Assembly: GCA_041751535.1 (NCBI GenBank)
Contig: JBGSXJ010000083.1
Coordinates: forward strand, 1 to 61,679
Reading direction: 5' to 3'
From: Aquaticitalea sp.
GTDB lineage: Bacteria; Bacteroidota; Bacteroidia; Flavobacteriales; Flavobacteriaceae
DNA: 61,679 nucleotides
Shown here: positions 10,265-21,005 of the stretch, in pieces
How positions within the stretch are numbered: position 1 is the stretch's first letter
How the letters are laid out: every line of letters begins with the position of its first letter
The notes under the pieces: model-generated
Seen by the model: only the letters and a program-made list of their open reading frames with translations
Database searches by the model: none
Told to the model about the DNA's origin: nothing
Program-made: the position numbers and the translations under genes

Positions 10265-10645
10265 ATGAAAGCATTCTTCACCATTTTTGGATTTATGGCC
10301 TTCTATTTTTCTGGAATTCCTTCGGCAATTGCTCAAGAAACCACTAAAAGTGAATTGGCAGTTTCTGAATATCAAGAGCTGACACCAGCTCAAATTGTCA
10401 AATTGCAAACACAAAATTTACAGCAGTTGTTAAGACTGGATGACGCTCAAGTAATAAAGGTTCATGACGCAATGCTTAATGTGGAACAAAACATGGCCGT
10501 TATTACCGCTAGTGCGATGAGCGAGGAGACTAAAATGGTTGAAATACAAAAATGGGAAGCATTCAAAACCCAAAAGTTAAAGGATATTTTAACCAGTGAA
10601 CAATTCACAAGATATTTAGATACTGTAAAAAGCAATAAAAGATAA
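10265..10645 (+). CDS. Secreted small helical protein (Spy/CpxP- or DUF4890-like)
   Basis: Signal peptide; L.LDDAQ and LKDILTSEQF..Y (LTxxQ-like) motifs. Confidence 0.7.
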   Translation: MKAFFTIFGFMAFYFSGIPSAIAQETTKSELAVSEYQELTPAQIVKLQTQNLQQLLRLDDAQVIKVHDAMLNVEQNMAVITASAMSEETKMVEIQKWEAFKTQKLKDILTSEQFTRYLDTVKSNKR

Positions 10646-10647
10646 AA

Positions 10648-10674
10648 AAAAGAGGCTCCAAATGGGCCTCTTTT
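10648..10674. terminator. Bidirectional terminator
   Basis: AAAAGAGGCTC/GGGCCTCTTTT between convergent genes. Confidence 0.8.
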
Positions 10675-10680
10675 CATTTA

Positions 10681-11229
10681 TTATTTCCCCATTCCAGGTG
10701 GATATTTTTCCATGATTTTCGAAACAAATTCTTGAATTCGAGCATCTTTTTTCTCCATTTTCTGGGTTAAATATCCGGTTCCCATTCCTTGCCAAATCAA
10801 TTCCTTTTTGTTAGCATCAATAAGGTCGACATAGAGCACGCCTTCTACGGACGTTGAGACATTAGGTTGTTGGTTCCAGCCCCAACCCCATGGACCAAAG
10901 CCTCCCCAGCCCCAGCCGCCCATGCCCCAAGCATTATTGTAGACGTCTACGCGTTGTTGGGATTTGGTGAATATACTAACCAGGATATCTGGAGTTTCAG
11001 ATTTTGTAAAGCCTTTTGCCAATAATTCCGCTTCGATAGCACGCAAAATTCTGCGCTTGTCCAAATCACTGATTTCAGCTTTATCAATTCCTGTTTTGTA
11101 AAATGCGAATGTCTTATATTCATTAAAGTTTGCATTTTTATCATAGTCTGTTGCCACTCTTACGGAGCTGCAAGAAGACATTGCCATCAATAGGATGGCG
11201 ACGGGTATAATTTTTAAGATTCTTTTCAT
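10681..11229 (-). CDS. DUF4136 family lipoprotein
   Basis: Lipobox, DYD..ANF..YKTF.F, Gly/Trp-rich loop, EG.L.VDLIDA..K.L.WQG, ends KYPP. Confidence 0.88.
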   Translation of the reverse strand: MKRILKIIPVAILLMAMSSCSSVRVATDYDKNANFNEYKTFAFYKTGIDKAEISDLDKRRILRAIEAELLAKGFTKSETPDILVSIFTKSQQRVDVYNNAWGMGGWGWGGFGPWGWGWNQQPNVSTSVEGVLYVDLIDANKKELIWQGMGTGYLTQKMEKKDARIQEFVSKIMEKYPPGMGK

Positions 11230-11248
11230 TTTGCTTTTTTTATTTGAG

Positions 11249-13248
11249 TTATAACGAGTTTAGTAATGAATCATCAACATTGTTTGGAAGTGTCACCTTT
11301 AAGTTTGGTTCCATTTCCATAGCACGTTTAATGGCAAAAATCGCTTCATCATTTCGAGCCCAACTTCGTCTAGCGATACCATTGTTCACATCCCAGAAAA
11401 GCATTGATTTTAAGCGTCTTTCCGCATCTTTAGAACCATCAAGAACCATACCAAAACCACCATTAATTACCTCGCCCCAGCCTACGCCACCACCATTGTG
11501 AATGCTCACCCAGGTAGCACCTCTGAAGCTGTCACCTATCACGTTTTGTATGGCCATATCTGCTGTAAAACGCGATCCATCATAGATGTTGCTCGTTTCC
11601 CTGTACGGTGAATCGGTTCCAGATACGTCGTGGTGATCACGGCCTAAAATCACATATCCAATTTCTTTTCGTGAAATTGCATCGTTAAAGGCTTGAGCGA
11701 TTTTCATGCGGCCTTCGGCATCGGCATACAAAATGCGTGCTTGAGAGCCGACAACCAAATTGTTATCCTGCGCCCCTTTGATCCATTGGATGTTGTCGGC
11801 CATTTGTTGCTGAATCTCCTTTGGGGAATTGGTCTTCATTTCTTCCAATACTTTACAAGCAATGGCATCCGTTTGTTGCAAATCCCCTGGCTTACCGGAA
11901 GCGCATACCCAACGGAACGGCCCAAATCCGTAGTCAAAGCACATCGGTCCCATGATATCCTGCACATAACTGGGATATTTAAAATCAATTCCATTCTCTG
12001 CCATCACATCGGCTCCCGCTCTTGAAGCTTCCAGAAGGAATGCATTTCCGTAATCAAAGAAGTAGGTGCCTTTTGCCGTGTGTTTATTGATGTAAGCGGC
12101 GTGTAGCTTCAAGGTTTGTTGTACTTTTTCTTTAAAGAGTATCGGATTGGATGCCATCATATCATTGGCCTCCTCAAAAGGGATTCCAACGGGATAATAA
12201 CCACCAGCCCATGGATTGTGCAACGATGTTTGGTCCGATCCCAAATCGATTTGGATATTGGCTTCGTCAAATTTTTCCCAAACATCGACGACATTGCCTA
12301 AATATGCAATGGACACAGTTTCCTCTTCGGCCTTCGCTTTATTGACACGAGCCACTAGAGCATCCAAATCGGTTATTTTTTCATCAATCCAGCCTTGATC
12401 CAAACGCACTTGGGTGATTTTTGGGTTTACTTCTGCACAAACGGTTATGCACCCTGCAATACTTCCTGCTTTGGGCTGTGCTCCGCTCATACCGCCGAGT
12501 CCAGAGGTGACAAAGAGGTTCCCTTTTGGTGACTTATTAATTTTCCTAAAGGCGTTGAGTACGGTAATGGTCGTGCCATGCACAATGCCCTGTGGTCCAA
12601 TGTACATGTAGCTTCCCGCAGTCATCTGACCATATTGGGTTACGCCAAGCGCATTGAATTTTTCCCAATCATCCGGTTTGGAATAATTTGGGATCATCAT
12701 GCCGTTGGTAACGACAACCCGTGGCGCTTCTGTATGAGATGGAAACAATCCCATGGGGTGTCCAGAATACATGACCAATGTTTGTTCGTCATTCATTTCA
12801 GACAAATATTTCATAGTCAAGAGATATTGTGCCCAATTGGAAAATACAGCGCCATTGCCACCATACGTTATCAATTCATGAGGATGTTGAGCAACGGCAT
12901 CATCCAAATTATTCTGAATCATGAGCATGATCGCGGCTGCCTGTTTTGATTTTGCAGGATAGGTTTCTATTGGTCTTGCATATATTTTATAATCGGGGCG
13001 GAATCGGTACATATAGATCCTTCCGTAGGTATCTAATTCGTTTTTAAATTCTGGCAGTAATTCAGTATGGTGTTTTTCATCAAAATAGCGGAGGGCATTG
13101 CGAAGTGCCAACTTTTTTTCATCTGCTGAAAGAATGTCCTTTCGTTTTGGTGCATGGTTTATTTCGGCATCGTAGGGTTTGGAAAGAGGAAGTATATCAG
13201 GAATACCTTCTTTGATCTGTTCTTTAAACGATAGTGTGGCTGTGTGCA

Positions 13249-13249
<1 letters not shown>
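11249..13249 (-). CDS. hutU: Urocanate hydratase (long form)
   Basis: NNLD.AVAQ.P.EL.TYGG, YGQMTAGS..YIGPQGIVHGT, GLGGMSGAQPKA, SDQTS.HN, GRDHHD, HNGGGVGWG. Confidence 0.97.
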
Positions 13250-13449
<200 letters not shown>

Positions 13450-13456
13450 TCAAACT

Positions 13457-13807
13457 ATGATTTTGGTTTCTAAATACCTCGTTCCAAAGGGTTATATTGG
13501 TATTACCGTGTTTCCGTTTGTGTTCATTAAACACAGGTTTTTAAAAGAGAACACCGTCTTTCTAAACCATGAACGCATTCATTTAAGGCAGCAATTGGAG
13601 ATGCTTGTTATTCCCTTTTTTATTTGGTATGGGGTTGAGTTTGTCGTAAGATATATTCACTATAAAAACTGGATATTGGCCTATCGGAATATTTCTTTCG
13701 AGCGAGAGGCCTACGCCAAAGAAAAAGAGGTTGATTATTTAAGTTCAAGGACTTTATGGGCATTTTTTAGATTTTTGAATGCACCTAGTAATCGAGGACA
13801 ATTTTGA
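13457..13807 (+). CDS. Conserved hypothetical protein with a HExxH motif
   Basis: GIT.FPF.F, NHERIHLRQQ.E, AY.NISFEREAY; start moved to MILV (alternative 13445). Confidence 0.8.
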   Translation: MILVSKYLVPKGYIGITVFPFVFIKHRFLKENTVFLNHERIHLRQQLEMLVIPFFIWYGVEFVVRYIHYKNWILAYRNISFEREAYAKEKEVDYLSSRTLWAFFRFLNAPSNRGQF

Positions 13808-13901
13808 ATACTGAACTATTTAGTTTTAGTAAGGATTAATTACCAGCTCTATATCAAGTTCGTTTGCTTTTTACTAGTTTTGCAGCTTTAAACACCATAC
13901 T

Positions 13902-14828
13902 TTGAAGCACTCGTTTTTAGACATAAATGACCCGTCTTTTGAAAATATTGAACTTCCATTCATCAATGAATTTGGGTGTCAAGTCTTTTTAAAGCCAGAG
14001 TACCTCATTCATCCTAAAATTTCAGGCAATAAATACCGTAAACTGAAGTATAATTTGAAGGAAGCGACACGTCAGAATAAAAAAATCATATTGACATTTG
14101 GAGGTGCATTTTCCAACCATATTGCAGCAGTGGCCGGGGCAGGTAAAGCATTTAAACTTAAGACTGTTGGAGTCATCAGGGGAGAGGAGCTTTATGACAA
14201 AATTGAGAAGAATCCAACCTTGAAGTTTGCACAGGATTGCGGCATGATTTTTAAATTTGTTTCGAGAGATGCCTATCGGGACAAAACCTCGCTGGTGTTT
14301 ATTCAAGAACTTAAAGACACGTTTGGCGAGTTTTATTTCATTCCCGAAGGCGGAACAAATGCATTGGCGGTCAAAGGCTGTGAAGAGATCTTGATTGAGA
14401 CCGATGCCCAATATGACTATATCTGTTGTTCGGTGGGTACGGGTGGCACTATGGCAGGACTCATCAATAGTAGCTTCCCAAATCAAAAAATTCTTGGATT
14501 TCCGGCTCTTAAAGGTGATTTTTTACAAGAAGAAATCCCTAAATTTGCAAGCAAAACCAATTGGCAGCTCATTACAGATTATCATTTTGGAGGCTATGCC
14601 AAAATAAATCAGGAATTAATCAGTTTTATGAATACGTTTAAAGCCCAATACAACATTCCGTTGGATCCAATTTACACAGGGAAAATGATGTTCGGGATTT
14701 TTGATCTGATAAAGAGAGGCTTTTTTCCAAAAAACTCAAAAATATTGGCCATTCACACTGGTGGATTGCAAGGTGTCGAAGGCATGAATTTAATTTTAAA
14801 ACAAAAGCAATTGCCCTTAATTGATTGA
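13902..14828 (+). CDS. ACC deaminase/D-cysteine desulfhydrase family PLP enzyme
   Basis: SGNK.RKLKYNL, TFGGAFSNH, PEGG, GTGGT.AG, YHFGGYAK, LDP.YTGK, HTGGLQG. Confidence 0.93.
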   Translation: MKHSFLDINDPSFENIELPFINEFGCQVFLKPEYLIHPKISGNKYRKLKYNLKEATRQNKKIILTFGGAFSNHIAAVAGAGKAFKLKTVGVIRGEELYDKIEKNPTLKFAQDCGMIFKFVSRDAYRDKTSLVFIQELKDTFGEFYFIPEGGTNALAVKGCEEILIETDAQYDYICCSVGTGGTMAGLINSSFPNQKILGFPALKGDFLQEEIPKFASKTNWQLITDYHFGGYAKINQELISFMNTFKAQYNIPLDPIYTGKMMFGIFDLIKRGFFPKNSKILAIHTGGLQGVEGMNLILKQKQLPLID

Positions 14829-14836
14829 AAATACTT

Positions 14837-15673
14837 ATGAAGCGAATTTTAATACTCCTAATGCTTGGATTGATGATTGTGAGTTGTGGTTCTAAAAAAC
14901 GAATCGTCACCAAAAAGAAATCCCAAAGACCAAAAACCGAACAAGTGGTCGTCAAAACTAAGACCGATGATCCTTCAACGGAAGCGGAAACACCTTCAGA
15001 AATAGTAGTCGATAGTGATAAACGATCCACATTTGCCAATAGCACCGAAGCATATATCGCCAATTATAGTGGCATTGCCAAAGAAGAAATGAGACGTTAT
15101 AAAATACCGGCAAGCATAACGTTGGCGCAGGGGATTTTAGAATCCGCATCGGGTCAAGGACGTTTGGCAGTAGAGGGGAATAACCATTTTGGTATTAAAT
15201 GTCATGACTGGACGGGTGATAAAATATATCATGATGATGATGCTTCACAAGAATGTTTTAGAAAATATAAACATGCTAAAGAGTCGTTTGAGGACCATTC
15301 CACGTTTTTAAGTGGACGCAGCCGCTATGCCAAATTGTTTAAACTCGATATCGATGATTATGAAGGTTGGGCAAAAGAGTTAAGGGCTGCGGGTTACGCT
15401 ACTGACCGAAAGTATCCTGAAAAACTTATCAGTATTATTGAGCGTTTTGATCTTCAAAAATATGATGAGGAGGTTATTGGAAGCCCAAGAAAAGCAAGGG
15501 CCAGATCGGTTGAAAAGGCTTCAGACATCTCTACGCATCAAGTAGTAAAAGGAGATACTATGTATTCATTGTCCAAGCGTTATAACGTAACAATAGAAGA
15601 ATTGCAAAAATTAAACGGTATGCGCAACACCGACCTTAAACTTGGTCAACTCCTGATTATCAAATCCAATTAA
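14837..15673 (+). CDS. GH73 glucosaminidase-domain peptidoglycan hydrolase with LysM, lipoprotein
   Basis: Lipobox VSC; [28 protein letters not shown]; C-terminal LysM (H.V.KGDT.YS.S.RY). Confidence 0.93.
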   Translation: MKRILILLMLGLMIVSCGSKKRIVTKKKSQRPKTEQVVVKTKTDDPSTEAETPSEIVVDSDKRSTFANSTEAYIANYSGIAKEEMRRYKIPASITLAQGILESASGQGRLAVEGNNHFGIKCHDWTGDKIYHDDDASQECFRKYKHAKESFEDHSTFLSGRSRYAKLFKLDIDDYEGWAKELRAAGYATDRKYPEKLISIIERFDLQKYDEEVIGSPRKARARSVEKASDISTHQVVKGDTMYSLSKRYNVTIEELQKLNGMRNTDLKLGQLLIIKSN

Positions 15674-15675
15674 AA

Positions 15676-16962
15676 ATGCTTTATCAACGCAGTAGTAATT
15701 TATTTAACCAAGCCGAGCAGGTCATTCCCGGTGGTGTCAATTCGCCAGTAAGGGCGTTTAAAGCGGTCGGTGGAACTCCTATTTTTGCCAAATCTGCCAA
15801 AGGTGCTTATATATTTGATGAAGATGACAATCGGTATATCGATTATATCAATTCATGGGGGCCGATGATTTTGGGACATGCCTATCCACCCGTTGTAGAG
15901 GCAGTTATTGAAAAGGCCAAATTAGGAACCTCTTTTGGGATGCCTACCGAAATCGAGACCAAAATCGCAGAGTTGGCAGTGGCCATGGTTCCTAACATTG
16001 ATAAGATCCGTTTTGTGAATTCTGGAACTGAAGCCTGTATGAGCGCTGTACGATTGGCTAGAGGATTTACCAAAAAAGATAAAATCATCAAGTTTGCCGG
16101 CTGTTATCATGGCCATAGTGATTCTTTTTTGATTGCCGCTGGAAGTGGTGCTATCACTTTTGGAACTCCCAACAGTCCTGGCGTTACTACAGGAACTGCA
16201 AAAGACACCTTATTGGCAAGATATAACGATATTGACAATGTCGCAGAACTGATTGAAGCCAACAAAGATGAAATTGCTTGCATTATCATTGAGCCAGTTG
16301 CTGGAAATATGGGTTGTGTTCCACCTAAAGATGGCTTTTTGCAAGGATTACGTTCGTTATGTGATACAGACGGCATTTTACTCATTTTTGATGAAGTCAT
16401 GACCGGATTCCGATTGGCTAGGGGTGGCGTGCAGGAATTGTACAATATAAAAGCAGATATTGTCTGTTTTGGAAAAGTGATAGGAGGCGGACTACCAGTG
16501 GGTGCTTTTGCAGCCAGAAGTGAAATAATGGATTATTTAGCGCCAATTGGACCTGTATATCAAGCAGGCACTTTGAGTGGCAATCCCTTGGCGATGGCAG
16601 CTGGTTTGGCCATGTTGACAGCATTGAACAATGATTCGGAAGTATTTGGTCGATTGGCAAAAAAAACGGAGTATTTGCATAAGGGTTTTACGAAAGCATT
16701 CGATGCTCTTGGCATTGAACATACCATCAACCGGGTTGGATCCATGATTTCGATTCACTTTTATTCCATGCCAGTCGTTGACTTTCAGTCAGCTGCAAAT
16801 GCGAATAACGATCGTTTTAAAACCTTTTTTCACGGTATGCTCAAAGAAGGAGTTTACATTGCTCCCAGTGCGTTTGAAACTTGGTTTTTGTGTGATGCCT
16901 TAACTTATGAAGATTTGGACACAACTATCGCCGCAGTAGAACGAGTGGCAAAGTTATTATAA
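15676..16962 (+). CDS. hemL: Glutamate-1-semialdehyde 2,1-aminomutase
   Basis: [62 protein letters not shown]. Confidence 0.97.
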   Translation: MLYQRSSNLFNQAEQVIPGGVNSPVRAFKAVGGTPIFAKSAKGAYIFDEDDNRYIDYINSWGPMILGHAYPPVVEAVIEKAKLGTSFGMPTEIETKIAELAVAMVPNIDKIRFVNSGTEACMSAVRLARGFTKKDKIIKFAGCYHGHSDSFLIAAGSGAITFGTPNSPGVTTGTAKDTLLARYNDIDNVAELIEANKDEIACIIIEPVAGNMGCVPPKDGFLQGLRSLCDTDGILLIFDEVMTGFRLARGGVQELYNIKADIVCFGKVIGGGLPVGAFAARSEIMDYLAPIGPVYQAGTLSGNPLAMAAGLAMLTALNNDSEVFGRLAKKTEYLHKGFTKAFDALGIEHTINRVGSMISIHFYSMPVVDFQSAANANNDRFKTFFHGMLKEGVYIAPSAFETWFLCDALTYEDLDTTIAAVERVAKLL

Positions 16963-16964
16963 AA

Positions 16965-17026
16965 GAACTCGTCTTGACTTTTTTGTCCCGATGCGTCGGG
17001 AAAAGCTAGAAAGTCAAGATGTGTTC
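16965..17026. repeat. Nested palindromic (REP/MITE-like) element
   Basis: Outer arms TCTTGACTTT/AAAGTCAAGA enclose an inner TCCCGA-TGCG-TCGGGA hairpin (16986-17001). Confidence 0.55.
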
Positions 17027-17032
17027 AAAATA

Positions 17033-17060
17033 AAAGGCAATCAAAAATTTGATTGCCTTT
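17033..17060. terminator. Bidirectional terminator
   Basis: Perfect AAAGGCAATCAAA/TTTGATTGCCTTT inverted repeat between convergent genes. Confidence 0.8.
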
Positions 17061-17083
17061 ATTAAAATGCGGAACGGTGTTCC

Positions 17084-17428
17084 TTATTTTTGATTCTTTT
17101 CAAACTCTAGATAGCGGGCAAATTCTTCCTCTGTAAAGATAGATCTGAATTGCTCAACTATAATGTTTTCAACTCTTTTTACATCTTCTTGGGCAACAGA
17201 TTCGCCTCTAGCTTTTAATTGTTCTAAATCGTATTTTTTCTGCTCGTAAGTTTGATATGTTTTATAGATCAATTCTTCAGTCTCATCACTAAATTTTATT
17301 ACTTGTTTGAGTTCCTGCGTTTTTTTGGAAGCTAACGAATTGATCTCAATTATATTTTGTGATGCAACGGACTGCGTTCCTAAAATCATAGCGAAAGCAA
17401 AAAAGCAAAGTGTCATTAATTTTTTCAT
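17084..17428 (-). CDS. Secreted small helical protein
   Basis: Start moved to MKKLMTL (signal peptide); ends IFTEEEF.RY like the 10265 and 17600 genes. Confidence 0.75.
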   Translation of the reverse strand: MKKLMTLCFFAFAMILGTQSVASQNIIEINSLASKKTQELKQVIKFSDETEELIYKTYQTYEQKKYDLEQLKARGESVAQEDVKRVENIIVEQFRSIFTEEEFARYLEFEKNQK

Positions 17429-17484
17429 AGTTTGTGTTTTATTATATACAGGCATCTAAAGTAATAATTTTTTAGGATAAAATC

Positions 17485-17528
17485 ACACATAAAAAGACAT
17501 TGATTTAAAATCAATGCCTTTTTTGTGT
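17485..17528 (-). terminator. Terminator-like hairpin
   Basis: ACACATAAAAAGACATTGATTT/AAATCAATGCCTTTTTTGTGT imperfect inverted repeat. Confidence 0.6.
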
Positions 17529-17599
17529 ATTCATCAGAAGTTATCGATTAATCAAAAGGGTTTACTTTTTGTAGTTACTGCTGTGAGACTTTTTCCCTC

Positions 17600-18025
17600 T
17601 CATGTTCGTTTTTTGGACTGCATAGTTTCAAATTTTTCATATTGCTCTGCATTCAAGATAGCTTTCATCTTTTTCTTCATTTCTATTTGATGGTCCAAAC
17701 GGGAATTTACGGTTTTTAAATGCTCTTCCTTTGACATTTTTGCGCCATCGGCTTTTTCCATGTTTGCTTTTCGTTCCGCCATTTTAGCTTTTCGTACTGT
17801 TGCTTCTTCCAAAAGGACTTTTTGTACTTCAGCTTGTTGCGACGTTGTAAGATCTAAATGTAAGGTCATTTTTTTTGTTTGGATTGAAGCCATTTCTTGA
17901 GGAGTCATGTCTTGGTACATTTCCATACGTTGCTTCTTGTCGCCTTTTTGTCCATCGTTTTCACTTTCTTGAGCACTAACATTTAATGTTATAATGGCAA
18001 GTGCTATCATTAATAGGTTTTTCAT
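17600..18025 (-). CDS. Secreted helical protein (DUF4890/Spy-CpxP-like)
   Basis: Signal peptide; TK.MTL.LDLT..QQ and MK.ILNAEQYEK motifs; Met/Lys-rich. Confidence 0.8.
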   Translation of the reverse strand: MKNLLMIALAIITLNVSAQESENDGQKGDKKQRMEMYQDMTPQEMASIQTKKMTLHLDLTTSQQAEVQKVLLEEATVRKAKMAERKANMEKADGAKMSKEEHLKTVNSRLDHQIEMKKKMKAILNAEQYEKFETMQSKKRT

Positions 18026-18101
18026 TTTGTTTATTTTTTACATTATACTGCTTTGACTAATAGATGTTTCAATAGTTTAACGGCACTAGAGTTTTTATCG
18101 C

Positions 18102-19610
18102 CTAATTAACAGCTTGTGCTTTTTTAATAAGTTCTAATGTCGTAGTAAATAACGGTTTGTTTTCCATTTTACTTTTAAGCCATGCATAAAAACTGATGAC
18201 GAAAATATCTTCATGACTTGCCTCTGGCCATTCAAAAGATTTTTCAACCTTTTCTTTAAACTTTGAAGACGTCACCTGTTCTGGATTCCTGAAATATGCT
18301 TCTACCAGATTCAAATATGTCAATACGCGTTCTTGATGGATTTGTTTTAGGTATTCTGAATAGTTCCTTCTAAAGCTTTTCAATCGTGACTCCACGTAAT
18401 CAATGTCATTCAGCTCAATATGAAGGATGATTTCAACAAGATTTTTTTTGATGGTCCATTCTGTTCCAGCCTTTTTTATATACCAACTGTCAGTATGATA
18501 AAATTTTGAAAAGAGTTGTGTGGCCTTTTGATATTCCCTATTCTGGATGTAAAATGTGATCAGGCTCAAATAAATATCCAATAAAGATTCCAGGTCTGGA
18601 TGGGTTTTAATTTTGAATTGCTCCAACAAATCAATTGCCCTTTCTTGTTGGTTGGAATAATTATAATTCAAGCACAGAAGTAAGTGATACTTCAGTTTGA
18701 ATGTATTGTAATATTTGTTCTTGAAAAGACACATGTATCCAAGCATTTTGTCTAAATAGGCGATCGACTGATCGAACTTTTTATTCCGAAACAAGGCATT
18801 TGCAATGAGATAGAGAACTTCGATGTGATAATAAAGTTCTTTGTCCTTGGTCTTCTTTTGCTTAATGGTTTGATAAGTGTCCAGGAGAAAAGTTTCGATT
18901 TTCAAATAATCATTTGTCACGAATGCAGATATGCTCACAATTGTCATCAATTGATATAGCGATTTAAACGAGAGCGAGTTATCAGCGTCGATGTTGTATT
19001 CAGAAAGCGTACTGTTAAACAGCGTTTGAAAATTTATAACTTCGCCTTTATAGACCATATCGCTCAAGGTTTGTCGGATTTTGGCATAAACGATATTGAG
19101 CCGATCTTCAGCATGATAATATTTTTGGTTGGTGTTAAACGCTTCGATGATAGTTTCGAGATCTACATTTGGATTTGTGTAGGCATATTGGATTTTGGTG
19201 TGATAAATCTCATTGAGTATAGAAAAAAGGTGATGCTCTTTTGCAAGCGTTTCAGCCTTATCAAGAATTTTATATGCGACTATAGTTTGGTCATGAAGGA
19301 ATAAATTTCGAGCAGCGAGAATATATTTGATGAGTTGCATATCGACTGAATTTTCTTCATCCATCTTGGAATTAGCAATAAAATCAATCAGTGAGTTATA
19401 TAGTCTTTTGCGTAAGGCATGGTAAGCATCTTTTTTATTGCTTTTATATAATTTATAACCAATCTCCTTCACTGGCTCTTCTTTAGACAATAATTTGAAG
19501 AATTGGATATTTTTAGTGTCGTTACGTTTGTTCTTTTTTTCAAGATAATGAACAAACTGTTGTTGTTCTTCTAAAGAGAAAGTCAATACTATTGCTTTTA
19601 AATCATTCAT
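18102..19610 (-). CDS. Cytoplasmic all-helical TPR-like hypothetical protein, putative regulator
   Basis: 502 aa with no signal peptide or TM segment; basic helical N-terminus (AYHALRKRLY) and TPR-like repeats (ANALFRNKKFDQSIAYL). Confidence 0.75.
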   Translation of the reverse strand: MNDLKAIVLTFSLEEQQQFVHYLEKKNKRNDTKNIQFFKLLSKEEPVKEIGYKLYKSNKKDAYHALRKRLYNSLIDFIANSKMDEENSVDMQLIKYILAARNLFLHDQTIVAYKILDKAETLAKEHHLFSILNEIYHTKIQYAYTNPNVDLETIIEAFNTNQKYYHAEDRLNIVYAKIRQTLSDMVYKGEVINFQTLFNSTLSEYNIDADNSLSFKSLYQLMTIVSISAFVTNDYLKIETFLLDTYQTIKQKKTKDKELYYHIEVLYLIANALFRNKKFDQSIAYLDKMLGYMCLFKNKYYNTFKLKYHLLLCLNYNYSNQQERAIDLLEQFKIKTHPDLESLLDIYLSLITFYIQNREYQKATQLFSKFYHTDSWYIKKAGTEWTIKKNLVEIILHIELNDIDYVESRLKSFRRNYSEYLKQIHQERVLTYLNLVEAYFRNPEQVTSSKFKEKVEKSFEWPEASHEDIFVISFYAWLKSKMENKPLFTTTLELIKKAQAVN

Positions 19611-19613
19611 TTA

Positions 19614-19692
19614 ATCGTCAGTTAATTTCGTTATATATCAATAAATATAATGTATAAATATTTAAATAAATAAAATATATCGTCAGTAATTT
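19614..19692. promoter_or_regulatory. Duplicated ATCGTCAGT(T)AATTT box in the divergent promoter region
   Basis: Copies start at 19614 and 19679, 65 bp apart, in an otherwise extremely AT-rich spacer. Confidence 0.6.
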
Positions 19693-19761
19693 AAGAAAGT
19701 TTGGTTTTGAAGCTGTTTAATATGTTGCAAGTTTGTATGGTAATCATTAAAACAAATCATC

Positions 19762-19911
19762 ATGAAGTTATATATCAAAACAATTCTGTTTGCATCTTTG
19801 ATTTATGCAATGGCATTGAATTCAGGGACGGTATCACAAATGTGTGTCGCAAAGTACAATCACTATGTAGCGTATTTGTCATCTAATGTTCAAATGCCAA
19901 ACGGTTTTTAA
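19762..19911 (+). CDS. Small exported peptide (49 aa; not in the ORF track)
   Basis: MKLYIKTILFASLIYAMALNSGTVSQMCVAKYNHYVAYLSSNVQMPNGF; A-rich Bacteroidota-type leader AAAACAAATCATC-ATG; signal-like N-terminus; stops 8 nt before the next ATG. Confidence 0.6.
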   Translation: MKLYIKTILFASLIYAMALNSGTVSQMCVAKYNHYVAYLSSNVQMPNGF

Positions 19912-19919
19912 ACATTTTT

Positions 19920-20387
19920 ATGAAACTTAAAAATTTAAATACTGCATTTATTGTTACAACTGGTGTCTCGGTTGTGGTATTTATCTATCTCGTTTTTTTG
20001 GGTTATGATGAAATCAAAACAGTGAAGGATGTCATAAAAATCATCGCCTCAATTCTGTTTCCACTTCCAATGTTGTTTTTTGTTAGATTTATTTTGATAG
20101 AGAATTTTCTACCTCAAAACACCGATGCCTATAAACTCAAAAATCAAAAACCAGCCACGTTATTATTGCTATTGGCAATTGTCATAGGAGTTGGTTCGAT
20201 GCAGCTTTTGGAATTTATGACCGGTCAAAAACTGGAAGATCAACTCATTTTTGCACATCTCATCAATTCCACCACCATCAGTAGTTACGTGCTTAATTAT
20301 ATATTATACAACAACTTAAGGGCAAATGGAATTTTAAGCGGCGTATTGCTCTCACTCGCCATGCATGTGTTCTTTCTATCCGCCTAA
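19920..20387 (+). CDS. Hypothetical multi-pass membrane protein
   Basis: 155 aa, about five hydrophobic segments. Confidence 0.75.
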   Translation: MKLKNLNTAFIVTTGVSVVVFIYLVFLGYDEIKTVKDVIKIIASILFPLPMLFFVRFILIENFLPQNTDAYKLKNQKPATLLLLLAIVIGVGSMQLLEFMTGQKLEDQLIFAHLINSTTISSYVLNYILYNNLRANGILSGVLLSLAMHVFFLSA

Positions 20388-20421
20388 TCAACTCAACGTT
20401 TAATCATCAAAATCTAAAATT

Positions 20422-20907
20422 ATGAATCCAATTATGACAAGTAGTCCAACACCAAAAACAAATTCTGAAAAACGTGAATTGTTATTCACCTTTCAATCCA
20501 TCATTGTAACCGGCTTATTGGCGTTCACCGCTATTGCCTTTTTCTTTTACAATGATTTGTCCATAGTCAAGGGAATTAAGGTCATTTTTGCACCATTTTT
20601 ATCGGTGGTTCCATTGCTCTTTATTTTGTCCATTTTGCGCGATTTGCAAAAAGGCTTTGTAGAGGGAAATTATTCTAAACAGGAAATCATCAAGTTCTGC
20701 ATGATTGCGGTTGCCATAACGGCGGCATTTACTGGCATCACTTTTCTGTTGTCAAAAATCGATGCTTTAGAGATTTTATTGGCGGGAATTATGGCGATTT
20801 TAAGTGCCATATTTTTCTTAAAGAGCAAGATTAAGGACATCCTCGGAATGAGCATTGTCACAGGTATTGCCGAAGGAATTATTGTATATATGATCTTTTT
20901 GTTTTGA
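20422..20907 (+). CDS. Hypothetical multi-pass membrane protein
   Basis: 161 aa, about five hydrophobic segments; layout similar to the preceding gene. Confidence 0.75.
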   Translation: MNPIMTSSPTPKTNSEKRELLFTFQSIIVTGLLAFTAIAFFFYNDLSIVKGIKVIFAPFLSVVPLLFILSILRDLQKGFVEGNYSKQEIIKFCMIAVAITAAFTGITFLLSKIDALEILLAGIMAILSAIFFLKSKIKDILGMSIVTGIAEGIIVYMIFLF

Positions 20908-20925
20908 TGATGGGTCAGTTGACCC

Positions 20926-20958
20926 TAAACCTCGTCATTCATGAGATGGCGAGGTTTA
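20926..20958 (+). terminator. Intergenic hairpin (terminator or mRNA stabiliser)
   Basis: TAAACCTCGTCAT/ATGGCGAGGTTTA; only a short T tail. Confidence 0.5.
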
Positions 20959-21005
20959 AAACAAAAGAAATTAAAGATTACATTTAACATGAAAATCAAG
21001 ACACT

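Noticed and set aside
10860-10935. Repetitive CCCCAGCC-like DNA
   Set aside because: It encodes the Gly/Trp-rich loop normal for DUF4136 proteins
19701-19886. 61-aa ORF from the track
   Set aside because: TTG start inside the promoter region; the overlapping 19762-19911 frame has an ATG, a typical A-rich leader, a signal-like N-terminus and operon-like spacing
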